Of a stretch of DNA of 64,000 nt, positions 50,406 to 60,132 are shown one piece after another. Numbering within the stretch: the first letter of the stretch is position 1; every line of letters begins with the position of its first letter. Origin of the DNA: Chitinophagaceae bacterium (GTDB lineage: Bacteria > Bacteroidota > Bacteroidia > Chitinophagales > UBA10324). The stretch spans positions 41,146 through 105,145 of the forward strand of contig CANJII010000007.1 of the NCBI GenBank assembly GCA_947474435.1. Direction: 5' to 3'. Below the pieces are notes generated by a model, which saw only the letters and a program-made list of their open reading frames with translations, was not told the origin of the DNA and searched no databases. A program made the translations under genes and the position numbers.

Positions 50406-51638
50406 ATGAGGGCGAAAGTTTTTTACACAACATCCATATTGTTTTTTCTTTTTATAACTACAGGTTTGTTTTCGTGCAGACCATTGCAGGATTTAGGGCG
50501 CGTGAATTATGCGGATGTGTACAAACCGGTTCAGTCTTTTTTGGTTTTGCATTCATCCATCCTTCATTACAATAACGATTCATCTGTTCTGGTATTGGAA
50601 ATTCCAAATAATCAAAACGGGTTTCTGTATGACACTGTACATTTTTCAATTAAGTTTTTATTGTTCGAAACGATGAGCAGCCTTTCAGCATTTGATAGTT
50701 TGAAAACTCAAATCAATTGCTCAACGAAAACTGGATATTATCACCTGGAAATTCCATTTCATTTTAAAATGAAAAGCACTTCGTTCATGTACTTGTATGT
50801 AAACGAAAATTCATCGCTCAAACATTTCGAAACTTTTTTCAGAATTGAAAAACAAGATTCTTCACCGGGATTTATTTATCCGGTTCGTGAAAACACGAAT
50901 GAAAAATATATTCTTCCGTATGCAAACCGGAATCAGACTTTTAGAATAAATAATTCATTCGGCACCGATACTTTTCGGGTGTGGTACTACAATTATCAGT
51001 TTCAATTGGCCACCCCCACTTTTTTTAATTCTGTTTTAACAAAATTTCCGGAGCGTGTTGATACTGTTTTTGTTTTCACATCAACTGAAACTTTTCATTT
51101 ACCAAAAAACGGATTGTATGTTTTTCATTCTTCCACTAATGCTGATTTAAGTTTCAGTTTGCTATGTGTGGATGAATCGTTCCCATTCATTACAGCTCCG
51201 GCACAAATGGCAAAGCCGCTTCGTTACATTTCAAAGAATGAGGAGTATGATTATTTTTTTCAAAAGAATATTAAGGAACGGGTTGATTCATTCTGGATTG
51301 ATAAAAGCGGAAGTACAGATCATGCAAAGGATATGATTCGCCGTTACTACAATCGTGTGCAATTTGCCAATGAGTTTTTTACTTCGTACCAGGAGGGCTG
51401 GCAAACTGATAAGGGTTTAATCTATATCATTTTCGGTCCGCCCGATGAAGTATATTTTGATGCGGATGCAGAGTGGTGGGGCTATCGCTCACGCGGAAAC
51501 CGGAATGCAGTGCGTTATAAATTTATTGAATCAGAAAATCCGTTCGGTGTAAAATCTTATTCCTTAATTCGCAACTCAAATTATTTCGATAGCTGGAACC
51601 GGCAGGGTTATGCATGGCGGCATGGATTAGCTGACTGA
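50406..51638 (+). CDS. GWxTD domain lipoprotein
   Basis: Lipobox LFSC; YYNRVQFANEFF....GWQTDKG.IYI.FGPP motif. Confidence 0.88.
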   Translation: MRAKVFYTTSILFFLFITTGLFSCRPLQDLGRVNYADVYKPVQSFLVLHSSILHYNNDSSVLVLEIPNNQNGFLYDTVHFSIKFLLFETMSSLSAFDSLKTQINCSTKTGYYHLEIPFHFKMKSTSFMYLYVNENSSLKHFETFFRIEKQDSSPGFIYPVRENTNEKYILPYANRNQTFRINNSFGTDTFRVWYYNYQFQLATPTFFNSVLTKFPERVDTVFVFTSTETFHLPKNGLYVFHSSTNADLSFSLLCVDESFPFITAPAQMAKPLRYISKNEEYDYFFQKNIKERVDSFWIDKSGSTDHAKDMIRRYYNRVQFANEFFTSYQEGWQTDKGLIYIIFGPPDEVYFDADAEWWGYRSRGNRNAVRYKFIESENPFGVKSYSLIRNSNYFDSWNRQGYAWRHGLAD

Positions 51639-51905
51639 TATTTTTTTTTGTTGTAATTCTAATAATGAGTATAAAATAGTTACCTGACCCGGTTCATGGC
51701 ACCACACTGTTCGGAAGAAATGCAGATACCTATTTCAGCTTCTGTGTTTGTGCTTATCGCGACACATTGTTGGTTCATTTAGATACGATAGAATTTATGC
51801 ACCAGAAAGCGGAATGGGTATTTGACGGTGCAATTCTATATTTACAAACACAATGAGTTTAATTTCATCACATAAATGTGACAAGTTTAGTGTACCACTG
51901 AAATT

Positions 51906-51929
51906 TCGGTTAGTGAGGACACGAACCGA
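51906..51929. repeat. REP-like hairpin TCGGTTAGTG-AGGA-CACGAACCGA
   Basis: 10-bp stem with limited mispairing and a 4-nt loop, upstream of a T9SS cargo gene. Confidence 0.5.
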
Positions 51930-51974
51930 GGCAGGAAAGACAGGAATTGAGGCAGGAAAAATAATTATCACACC

Positions 51975-53294
51975 ATGAAGCAGATACTTTTCACTATTCA
52001 GTATTTACTATTCACTTTTATTTGTTCGGCTCAAACATACGAATGGCAACCTTTGCCGGAAGGAATTTATGGAACGCCATTAGGAACAACACGGGTTGAA
52101 AGTATGGTAGCATTAACTGATACAAATCTGATGTATGTGGCAGGAAACTTTGATTCTGCAGGTTCATTACCGTGTAGCGGTTTTGCAATTTGGAATGGTC
52201 TGAATTTTTCAATATTTAATGGAGGTCCTTGGATTACAATGTCAACTTATCAAAATCAAATAGCAGCAGCAGGTGGTACACCTGCTAAATTGATTTACTT
52301 AATAGATAATTTAATTTTCACACTTATTGGTCAGGCAAATTCCGATATCCACAGCCTGATAGAATACAAAGGCGATTTATATGCCGGGGGAGATTTTACA
52401 AATATGGATGGAGTGCCATGCAATGGCATAGCCCGTTGGGATGGCACAAGCTGGCACCCGTGTGGAACAGGGGTAACCGTTTCAGGGGGCGCATCTGTGG
52501 ATGCGCTTGGAGTTTATAACGGCAAGTTATATGTAGGCGGTTACTTTGAATTTGCAGGAGGTATACCTGCATGGAATTTAGCAGCATGGGATTCAACTAA
52601 TTGGCAAAGCATCGGAATTGGTACATCGCAAACAGGTAATTATTATGCCGGATCTGTTATGGAAATGGGTACATTTAATAATAAATTATTTATCGCAGGT
52701 TTGTTTAATGAAGTCAATGGTTTATACACCTCACCACTTGCATATACTGATGGTGTCAATTGGTTTCCAACTAATAATTCTGGTCTTGGTTTTATTTATG
52801 ACATTAAAGAATTTGAAAATAAACTGTTTATGGCCACTACTCCTTATCAAGTTTATACTTCAAATGATGGTGTTAATTTTACTCTGGTTGGGTCATTGTT
52901 TAATGGTAATATTAAAAGCTTAGAAGTGTTTAATGACACACTTTATGCTGCCGGAGGTTTTGAAATGTGCGGTGGTACACCATGTTATAGAATAGCAAGA
53001 TTGGTGCAATTGCCAGATGATACAACGGGAGTGAGTCAGTTAGCAGTTGGCAGTATGCAGTTGGTAGTTTACCCTAATCCGGTGGAGAGGCAATTAACAG
53101 TAGTGCTTCGACAAGCTCATCATGACAGCTACGCAATTTCAATTACAGATTTGTTAGGGCGGCAGTTAATTGTTACCAAACCAGCAAACACAAAAACAGA
53201 AATAGATGTAACCGCATTAAGCGCAGGAGTTTATTTATTAATGGTTGAGGGTAAGAATGGTATTGTTGGTGTAAGTAAATTTATTAAACAATGA
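51975..53294 (+). CDS. T9SS type A cargo protein with beta-propeller repeats
   Basis: Signal peptide; repeated LY.GG.F......IA.WDG..W units; C-terminal YPNP...DL.GR...GVYL...K CTD. Confidence 0.85.
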   Translation: MKQILFTIQYLLFTFICSAQTYEWQPLPEGIYGTPLGTTRVESMVALTDTNLMYVAGNFDSAGSLPCSGFAIWNGLNFSIFNGGPWITMSTYQNQIAAAGGTPAKLIYLIDNLIFTLIGQANSDIHSLIEYKGDLYAGGDFTNMDGVPCNGIARWDGTSWHPCGTGVTVSGGASVDALGVYNGKLYVGGYFEFAGGIPAWNLAAWDSTNWQSIGIGTSQTGNYYAGSVMEMGTFNNKLFIAGLFNEVNGLYTSPLAYTDGVNWFPTNNSGLGFIYDIKEFENKLFMATTPYQVYTSNDGVNFTLVGSLFNGNIKSLEVFNDTLYAAGGFEMCGGTPCYRIARLVQLPDDTTGVSQLAVGSMQLVVYPNPVERQLTVVLRQAHHDSYAISITDLLGRQLIVTKPANTKTEIDVTALSAGVYLLMVEGKNGIVGVSKFIKQ

Positions 53295-53429
53295 AAGGAG
53301 TGATGTAACATTCAACTCCTCATTAACCTGAAAACAAATTGCAATATGTTATTCCATTCATTGGTAGCCGAAATGAACAGGAAAACACAACGGCATAGTT
53401 TGACCGACAAAAAAAATAGCAGGAATTAA

Positions 53430-55877
53430 TTATTCCACTATAACTAATAAAGTGTTTTCAGTTGACAGTTTGGTTTTGACCTGAACAAAATAAATTCCGG
53501 TATTTAAAGTCGGGTAAATAGTTTTTTCAGGATGCAGGTATTCACGCAATTTTTTTCCACTCAAATCATAAATGGTCAATAGATCAATTGCTATTGAATT
53601 GGAAATGTGAATCGCCTCTGACGAAGAGGCGGGATTCGGAAACAGAAAAATATTTTCATTACCTGAATTTATTTCACCTGTTCCGGTTTGATTCAAATCA
53701 TATAAAAAGGCACCGGTGTTTTGCGAAATACAGGCAACAACATACGCATTTGTAAAACTAATCATACTGATGTTTCCATATAAACCGGTGAGTGGAAGCT
53801 CAGTAAAATTCAAACCATTGTCGTTGGAAGTAAAAACTTTTTGTCCTGCATTATTGGTTGCATCCGCACATTGAACTGCCGCAATAATTCCCGCAGTTGA
53901 AACATCAAAATAAGAAATGCAATCAATTGAAGTGGCAATGTTGGTCCATGTATCGCCATGGTCAGTTGAAAAAAACAAATCGTTGTTGTAATAACTCACA
54001 TACAATTTCCCGGCAATGGTTGGGTCTGGTTTTGCATCGGTAAACCACCAACCGGTTCCACCTGCGTTTGTGGCTTCAATCCATGTGGCATCCTGTGCTT
54101 TTCTGCGATACAGGTGATTATTATGTACTATAAAAAAATAACCACTGCCATCGGTAAACAATTTTGTTCGCCGTTCCCAAATGGGAAAAAGATAAGTGTC
54201 TGTAATTCCCTGCGACCAGTTTTGCCAGGTAATTCCTCCATCAGTACTGATATGAATTTGAGATTGATTGTTTCTGACATCCGCACCAACCACAATGGTA
54301 TCAGATGAAAAATCTGAAACGGCAATTTGGGTTACATTCAGAATATCATTTGAATCGCGATCAAAATAATTGTAGGCAAGTTGCTGCCATGAAATTCCAC
54401 CATCAATGGTTTTAAAAAATTTTCCATCTGCATCATAATTCTGCGAACCGCCGAGGTATCCAATGGATGAATTGTTTTTATAAAAAGCAATGGCTGAAGT
54501 TTGCGTGCAATTAATATCAAGCAGTGATTGATACGAACATGATGCACCTCCATCATCAGAAACAAACAAGGCAGGATCGGTGCTTGCTAAAAATAATTTT
54601 CCTGTTCCTTTATTCACCACCATTTTTCGTCCATCGAGATTTTGAATTCCGTGATTAGAATAATTCCATTTCCAGTTTGAACTGCTATTGGCGATATCAG
54701 AATGGCAAAGAACTGTATCTGCATTATAAGATTTCCAAAGTCCGTGTTGATCATTCATAATTACTAATTTCTGATTCAAGGGAGAAAAATTTAAACCGGA
54801 AGTATAGTAGCCAAACTCAGGTTCATAATTACAAGACACATCGTTGAACGAAAGCAATTGTTTGTTCGGATTGTGTTTGAATTCGGCACTGCGCCACAAA
54901 GCACCATAATCCTTAGTTTCTAAAATGCTGAAATAATTTCCGCTGTGAGCGCCAACAAACCAATGACCTCCTTCGGTTGGATGAGCTGTGATAAAATAAT
55001 CGGTGTAATGATAGAGCGGTGCAATGTTTACTGACCAAGTGGCTCCACCATCAGTACTGATATTCAAATGACCATTTATGGTAATTATGAGTTGCGGATT
55101 AATGGCATCAACTGCAAACTCTTTCACATCCTGATTAAATAGTTTAGTGAGCACTCCTGATACAAAATTGTATTTATATAAACCACTGCCTCCGCTGTTG
55201 ATACTGCTGATAACAACATTCCGTGCAGAAAATAAAAGTTCATTGCTGTTGTCAGGATTTAAAATCAATTGTGTAAACCAAAATGTTTTTAATGAATCGT
55301 GAACCGAAGCCCATGTTTGTCCGTCGTTATTGGATACATACAATCCGCTTGAAGGATAGTAAGCTGTGTTTGTATTGAAATTAAATTGCGGTTGACCGAC
55401 CAGAAAAATCTGCTGAGAATTATTTGGGTTGAACAAAATGATGTGACCGGCATTGCTGTAAGATGAAGTGGCAGAAACTGAAACGGGGCAGTTCATTTTA
55501 ATCCAAGTAGCACCTGCATCAGTTGAGTGAAATAAAAAACCTTTGGCAGTATCAGTCCAGGGAGCGGAGCCACAAACCGCAAAAATTTCATTGTGGTTTT
55601 GCGGATTGATTGCAATATCGCGACAGTAATAATGATAGACTGAAATAAATGTTTCAGGAGTAAATAAATTTATCCAGGTATTGCCTGCATCGCTGCTTTT
55701 AAACAAACCGGAAGAGGAGGCTGCGGCATAAATAATAGTTGAATCAACAGGATCAAAAACAACCTGATTAATTAATCCGCCACCCTGAGCCGGAAATGCT
55801 TTCCAGCTTTGTGCAATAATATTAGATGAATAAACGAAGTTGAGTAAAATAAAAAAAGTAAAAAATTTCTTAATCAT
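53430..55877 (-). CDS. T9SS type A cargo protein with BNR/Asp-box (sortilin/GH74-like) propellers
   Basis: Signal peptide; many S.D.G.TW Asp-boxes; FPNP...YDLSGK...GIYF CTD. Confidence 0.85.
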   Translation of the reverse strand: MIKKFFTFFILLNFVYSSNIIAQSWKAFPAQGGGLINQVVFDPVDSTIIYAAASSSGLFKSSDAGNTWINLFTPETFISVYHYYCRDIAINPQNHNEIFAVCGSAPWTDTAKGFLFHSTDAGATWIKMNCPVSVSATSSYSNAGHIILFNPNNSQQIFLVGQPQFNFNTNTAYYPSSGLYVSNNDGQTWASVHDSLKTFWFTQLILNPDNSNELLFSARNVVISSINSGGSGLYKYNFVSGVLTKLFNQDVKEFAVDAINPQLIITINGHLNISTDGGATWSVNIAPLYHYTDYFITAHPTEGGHWFVGAHSGNYFSILETKDYGALWRSAEFKHNPNKQLLSFNDVSCNYEPEFGYYTSGLNFSPLNQKLVIMNDQHGLWKSYNADTVLCHSDIANSSSNWKWNYSNHGIQNLDGRKMVVNKGTGKLFLASTDPALFVSDDGGASCSYQSLLDINCTQTSAIAFYKNNSSIGYLGGSQNYDADGKFFKTIDGGISWQQLAYNYFDRDSNDILNVTQIAVSDFSSDTIVVGADVRNNQSQIHISTDGGITWQNWSQGITDTYLFPIWERRTKLFTDGSGYFFIVHNNHLYRRKAQDATWIEATNAGGTGWWFTDAKPDPTIAGKLYVSYYNNDLFFSTDHGDTWTNIATSIDCISYFDVSTAGIIAAVQCADATNNAGQKVFTSNDNGLNFTELPLTGLYGNISMISFTNAYVVACISQNTGAFLYDLNQTGTGEINSGNENIFLFPNPASSSEAIHISNSIAIDLLTIYDLSGKKLREYLHPEKTIYPTLNTGIYFVQVKTKLSTENTLLVIVE

Positions 55878-55952
55878 GTTTGGAAAAGTAATACTGATTA
55901 TTCATTTGAAAATTGAAATTTTACTAAAGCAAAAACAGCAATGTTTAATTAT

Positions 55953-56981
55953 TTAAAATTTCCAATTCAGATCTTTAAATTTTTTTTTCTTTTGAATAAA
56001 ATAGTTCCAGACTATGCTTCCATTATAAAATCCGGGAAGCTTTAAATAATTAACATTGTTTTTCACCATTTGTTTTTTCTTCCAGGTTTTTATTTTGAAA
56101 AGAAAATGAAAATGCGCTTTTGCAATGGCTTTAAAATCTTTTGTGTTGCCGCTGAACAGAGCACGATACGCAGCAATGTGATCAATTAATATCCGTAAAA
56201 AAATAATCCTTCTTCTTATATGCGAAGGAAGATTTTTATACAACATCATTAAACTATTCCGGAAGTTGAGATATGTTTTTTTCGGATTGCCTTGCGGTAA
56301 ACTGCCTCCGCCAAGATGAAATACTTTTGAACCGGGTACATACCATACTTCCATTCCCATATTTTTTATTCGCCAGCACAAATCAATTTCTTCCATGTGG
56401 GCAAAAAATTCAGCATCTAAACCTCCTGCATTTGTGTACGCATCTCTTTTCACCATTAAACAAGCGCCACTTGCCCAAGCTATTTCAATGGCATTATTGT
56501 ATTGGTCTTTATCTTCTTCAATGGTATCAAAAATTCGTCCTCGGCAAAACGGATAACCATACTTATCAATAAATCCACCTGCGGCTCCTGCATATTCAAA
56601 ATGAGTTTGCCGGTTGAGTGACATGATTTTTGGCTGGCAAGCAGCAAGACCTTGATGTTGATCTGCAAAAGATAACAATGAAGTCAGCCATCCAGCACTT
56701 ACTTCAACATCCTGATTTAATAATACAATCCACTTTGCATTTGTCTGGGCAATGGCTTGATTATATCCTTCTGAAAATCCGTAATTGTGATTTAAGGGCA
56801 ACCATTCCGCAGTGGGAAATTTTTTTACTACTTCCTCTGAATCATCCGTGCTTCCATTATCAGCAATAATTATCCGTGCTTCAGAAATTGGTGTATGTTC
56901 AATAACAGATGGAAGAAATGTTTCCAGAAAAGTTCGGCCATTCCAGCATAAAATAATTACAGCAACCTGGGGTGAATTCAT
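55953..56981 (-). CDS. Glycosyltransferase family 2 (WbbL-like)
   Basis: DNGSTD, N.GF..GYN, LLNQD, SGACL and EEIDLCWR motifs. Confidence 0.92.
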   Translation of the reverse strand: MNSPQVAVIILCWNGRTFLETFLPSVIEHTPISEARIIIADNGSTDDSEEVVKKFPTAEWLPLNHNYGFSEGYNQAIAQTNAKWIVLLNQDVEVSAGWLTSLLSFADQHQGLAACQPKIMSLNRQTHFEYAGAAGGFIDKYGYPFCRGRIFDTIEEDKDQYNNAIEIAWASGACLMVKRDAYTNAGGLDAEFFAHMEEIDLCWRIKNMGMEVWYVPGSKVFHLGGGSLPQGNPKKTYLNFRNSLMMLYKNLPSHIRRRIIFLRILIDHIAAYRALFSGNTKDFKAIAKAHFHFLFKIKTWKKKQMVKNNVNYLKLPGFYNGSIVWNYFIQKKKKFKDLNWKF

Positions 56982-57024
56982 TCGGTATTTTATCTGCGGA
57001 TAAATATATAATTGAAGTTGATTG

Positions 57025-58482
57025 CTACTTCATAAAATCATCGGCGTGTGAACCAAACGAATCAGGATAATCTGTTTTATCAGTATTGTTTATTCCTTTT
57101 TTATTCTTAAACGCATCGTTCAATTTGTATCGCCAGCGCGGATTATTTATTTCACCGATCGCATCGGAGTGAATCAGTTTGTAATTATTGCTGACCAAAT
57201 CTGTATTATAAAAAACAAAGTGTTTATCAGTTTGATTAGGAGCAATAAAATAGTAATGCCAGATTTCATAAGGATAGGTACCGGGCTCCTGTGAACTTTT
57301 ATTCATTTGATCGGGCGCACCGTATTTTATATAAATTATTCCACGGTCAGTTTCAAATCCGTGTCGGGTTTGTGTTTTAAAAGACTCTTCTGCTTTATAG
57401 ATCTGAACTTTATAATTTTCCCATGCTGCCAATGGATCAGGTGCATTTCTGGCCACCCAGAATTTATAAATGAAGGCGCGCATTGCTGTATCGTTTTTTG
57501 ATTTCCTGAAATAATCAATATAGTTATGTTCTTCATTCGAGGCAATGGGAGATAAGCTTTGCAAATAAAAATTTAATGAATCAGCCGGCAAAGTTGCAGC
57601 GAAGGCATTTTCGACCTGCACACTATCTAACTGATTCGGATTAAAAACAATGGCGGTATTTGTCCGGATGAAATAAAGATTTTGTTCGGCCACATGTTCA
57701 TTCATTTTATTTCGCAATTCAATTGTCAGGAAGTAAGAACCTGTAGGCAGGTTTGAAATATCAAAAGAAGAAAACAGGATTTTTATTTGTTCAGGTGTTT
57801 GTTTTGAATTGAAAATAAAATGTTCGAGTGGTTTACCTGATAAACTCTCACGGATATAGACCGATGAAAGAAATTTATCTTCATGAAAATAGTTGTCAGT
57901 ATTATAAACCTCAGCATAGAAAGTCAGTTTTGGCAATGCAGTAGGATAATACTGAATCGTGTATGGTTGAATTTCGTACCCTCGTTTTGAATAAATTGAT
58001 TTCTCTTGTGTCTCGCTGTAAGTTGCTACCAATTCAATATCAGAAAACGAAAGGCTGTCGGTTTTAAAATTAATATTGATTCCTTCGGTCATAAATCCGG
58101 TTAAACTTTTATTGTTATAATCTTCCAGATAAATTTCAATTGAAAATTCGCCATTGGGTAAACTCACCCTTTTTAAATCAGTAAGGTTGAAATTTTTGCT
58201 TGTCGTATCAATAAGCGGTTCAGAAAATAAAAGATACTTGAGGTGTTTGAATACGCTGCTGTCTATCATGTACAACAAAGTTACCTGCACACTTGCTTCC
58301 CATTTATTATCAGGCCGCTGAATGAATTTCAGGTTTTCAGCACCAACAGTAAATTGTGTTTCAACATATGCGCTGTCACTGGATGAAAGAAAAACACAAT
58401 TGCGCATTGTAGCATCTATGTTTGACGCATAACTTTTTAAAGTCAGTAACAGGAGGGAAGAAAGGAGGAGTTTTTTTATCAC
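57025..58482 (-). CDS. GWxTD domain protein (GFETD variant)
   Basis: Signal peptide; FW...P, GFETDRG.IY.KYG.P and PYEIWHY motifs; GTG start. Confidence 0.85.
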   Translation of the reverse strand: MIKKLLLSSLLLLTLKSYASNIDATMRNCVFLSSSDSAYVETQFTVGAENLKFIQRPDNKWEASVQVTLLYMIDSSVFKHLKYLLFSEPLIDTTSKNFNLTDLKRVSLPNGEFSIEIYLEDYNNKSLTGFMTEGININFKTDSLSFSDIELVATYSETQEKSIYSKRGYEIQPYTIQYYPTALPKLTFYAEVYNTDNYFHEDKFLSSVYIRESLSGKPLEHFIFNSKQTPEQIKILFSSFDISNLPTGSYFLTIELRNKMNEHVAEQNLYFIRTNTAIVFNPNQLDSVQVENAFAATLPADSLNFYLQSLSPIASNEEHNYIDYFRKSKNDTAMRAFIYKFWVARNAPDPLAAWENYKVQIYKAEESFKTQTRHGFETDRGIIYIKYGAPDQMNKSSQEPGTYPYEIWHYYFIAPNQTDKHFVFYNTDLVSNNYKLIHSDAIGEINNPRWRYKLNDAFKNKKGINNTDKTDYPDSFGSHADDFMK

Positions 58483-58542
58483 GGAATAAATTTACGAATT
58501 TGCTTCACGAACAAAAAAAAGAAAAATCAATCTGACAGTTTT

Positions 58543-59130
58543 ATGATAAAAGAAAATGAATTTGCCTTGCCAATTAAATATCTGCCTCGTGTCAGTTGGT
58601 TTGCAAATGCAATTGAAAAAAGAGAATTGATTTTATGTTCAGCGGAAATTTACCGGAAGGAAAATCATCCGAACCGATGCAGCATTGTTTCAGCAAACGG
58701 TTTAATAAATCTGAGTGTACCACTTGCCGGTGGAAGAAATCAGAAAGTAATGATGAGCGAATTAAAAATTGCAGGTAATGACTGGAAGCGAAATCATTTG
58801 CAAGCCATAAAATCAGCTTACGGGAAAGCACCTTATTTTCTATACTATTTTGATGCACTTGAAAATTGTATAAAAAATTCCGAGGATAATTATTTAAATT
58901 TTTGTATTGAGTTGATCAAATGGCTGATACATGAATTGATTCGTCCGCTATCAATAAATGTTACTTCCGCAGAAATTCCAGTGCTGAACAGTCCATCTTT
59001 AAATTGCAAAAAATATTATCAGGTGTTTGAAAACAAATTCGGATTTCAAAATGATGTATGTGCAATAGACTTATTGTTTTGTATGGGGCCCGATGCAAAT
59101 CAGTACCTGATTGATAATTTCAAAAAATAA
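58543..59130 (+). CDS. WbqC family protein
   Basis: YLP, NRC.I...NG...LSVP, W...H..AI.SAYGKAPYF, Y.QVF and IDLLFC.GP motifs. Confidence 0.9.
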   Translation: MIKENEFALPIKYLPRVSWFANAIEKRELILCSAEIYRKENHPNRCSIVSANGLINLSVPLAGGRNQKVMMSELKIAGNDWKRNHLQAIKSAYGKAPYFLYYFDALENCIKNSEDNYLNFCIELIKWLIHELIRPLSINVTSAEIPVLNSPSLNCKKYYQVFENKFGFQNDVCAIDLLFCMGPDANQYLIDNFKK

Positions 59131-59219
59131 AATACAGATTCAGTTTGTAAATGAAAAACAGATTTGATTTTTTTGAATCTTGATTTTGAAATCAACTAAT
59201 CATAAGTAAATCTGAATCC

Positions 59220-59738
59220 CTAAACCCAACCCGGATTAAGAGCTGAAATACCGAATACTTTGAACAGTATTGCCATAATTATTATAGCTAATAAAATTCC
59301 ACCCAACAGAAAAGTAGCGAAGCGATAGGCTCTGGCTAAGTATTGTAGCCGAATGTTTTTATGAATATTAACCAGGCAGTTTTCAATGCGCAAAAAACTC
59401 GATTGATTTTTAACTACATAATCGTAAGCGCCATATTTAATTGTATCAACAGCAACTTCAATTTTATCCTGACCTGATAAAAACAAAACAAACACATCGG
59501 GTTTCAGTTCTTTTATTTTTTTCAGAATATCAATTCCATTGGCGGCATCGGTCTTTACTGAGTTGAGATTATAATCCAGAATAATGTAATCAGGATTCAG
59601 ATCAATGTTGCGGATGCAATCTTCTCCGGTAGAGAAAGTTAAAATCTCGAGGTTGAATTTGGAACTGAGATGCATCTTCAACATTTCATTGTTGTTGTGA
59701 TCATCGTCAACCAGAAATATTTTTTTAAGTGCTGCCAT
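59220..59738 (-). CDS. Single-domain response regulator with C-terminal transmembrane helix
   Basis: LVDDD, ILDYNL, LSGQ and GAYDYVVK REC motifs, then FATFLLGGILLAIIIMAILFKVFGI. Confidence 0.85.
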   Translation of the reverse strand: MAALKKIFLVDDDHNNNEMLKMHLSSKFNLEILTFSTGEDCIRNIDLNPDYIILDYNLNSVKTDAANGIDILKKIKELKPDVFVLFLSGQDKIEVAVDTIKYGAYDYVVKNQSSFLRIENCLVNIHKNIRLQYLARAYRFATFLLGGILLAIIIMAILFKVFGISALNPGWV

Positions 59739-59775
59739 GAGCGGGATATTTTTTGTTCGGGGTTAAATATAATGA

Positions 59776-60126
59776 TTAAGGAAGTTTATCAGTTTCTTCT
59801 TTTAATTCAATCATTGCTTTTTCCATTATTGCTTTCAGCGAAATAAATAAATCAGGAATAGCTGAGCCATCCGTATTCTTCGCATCTTCTATTTGAATGA
59901 TTAAAGGTTCAGCCGTTTTTATTCCCATGTAAGAACATTGCGGTTTTAACTGGTGCGCTATGGAGCCCACGCGCTCCCAGTTTTTTTCGTCAATGAAACC
60001 CTGGATTTTTATAATTGCATCCTGCGCAGTATGAAAAAAAACATGAATTAATTTTTTCATCATCTCTGCATTGCCTGATGAAAATTGTTTTAAGAAAGTT
60101 AAGTCACTCACTTTTGTATCTTCCAT
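59776..60126 (-). CDS. Stand-alone Hpt phosphotransfer protein
   Basis: Helical protein with an AHQLKP...YMG motif. Confidence 0.88.
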   Translation of the reverse strand: MEDTKVSDLTFLKQFSSGNAEMMKKLIHVFFHTAQDAIIKIQGFIDEKNWERVGSIAHQLKPQCSYMGIKTAEPLIIQIEDAKNTDGSAIPDLFISLKAIMEKAMIELKEETDKLP

Positions 60127-60132
60127 TTCCGT

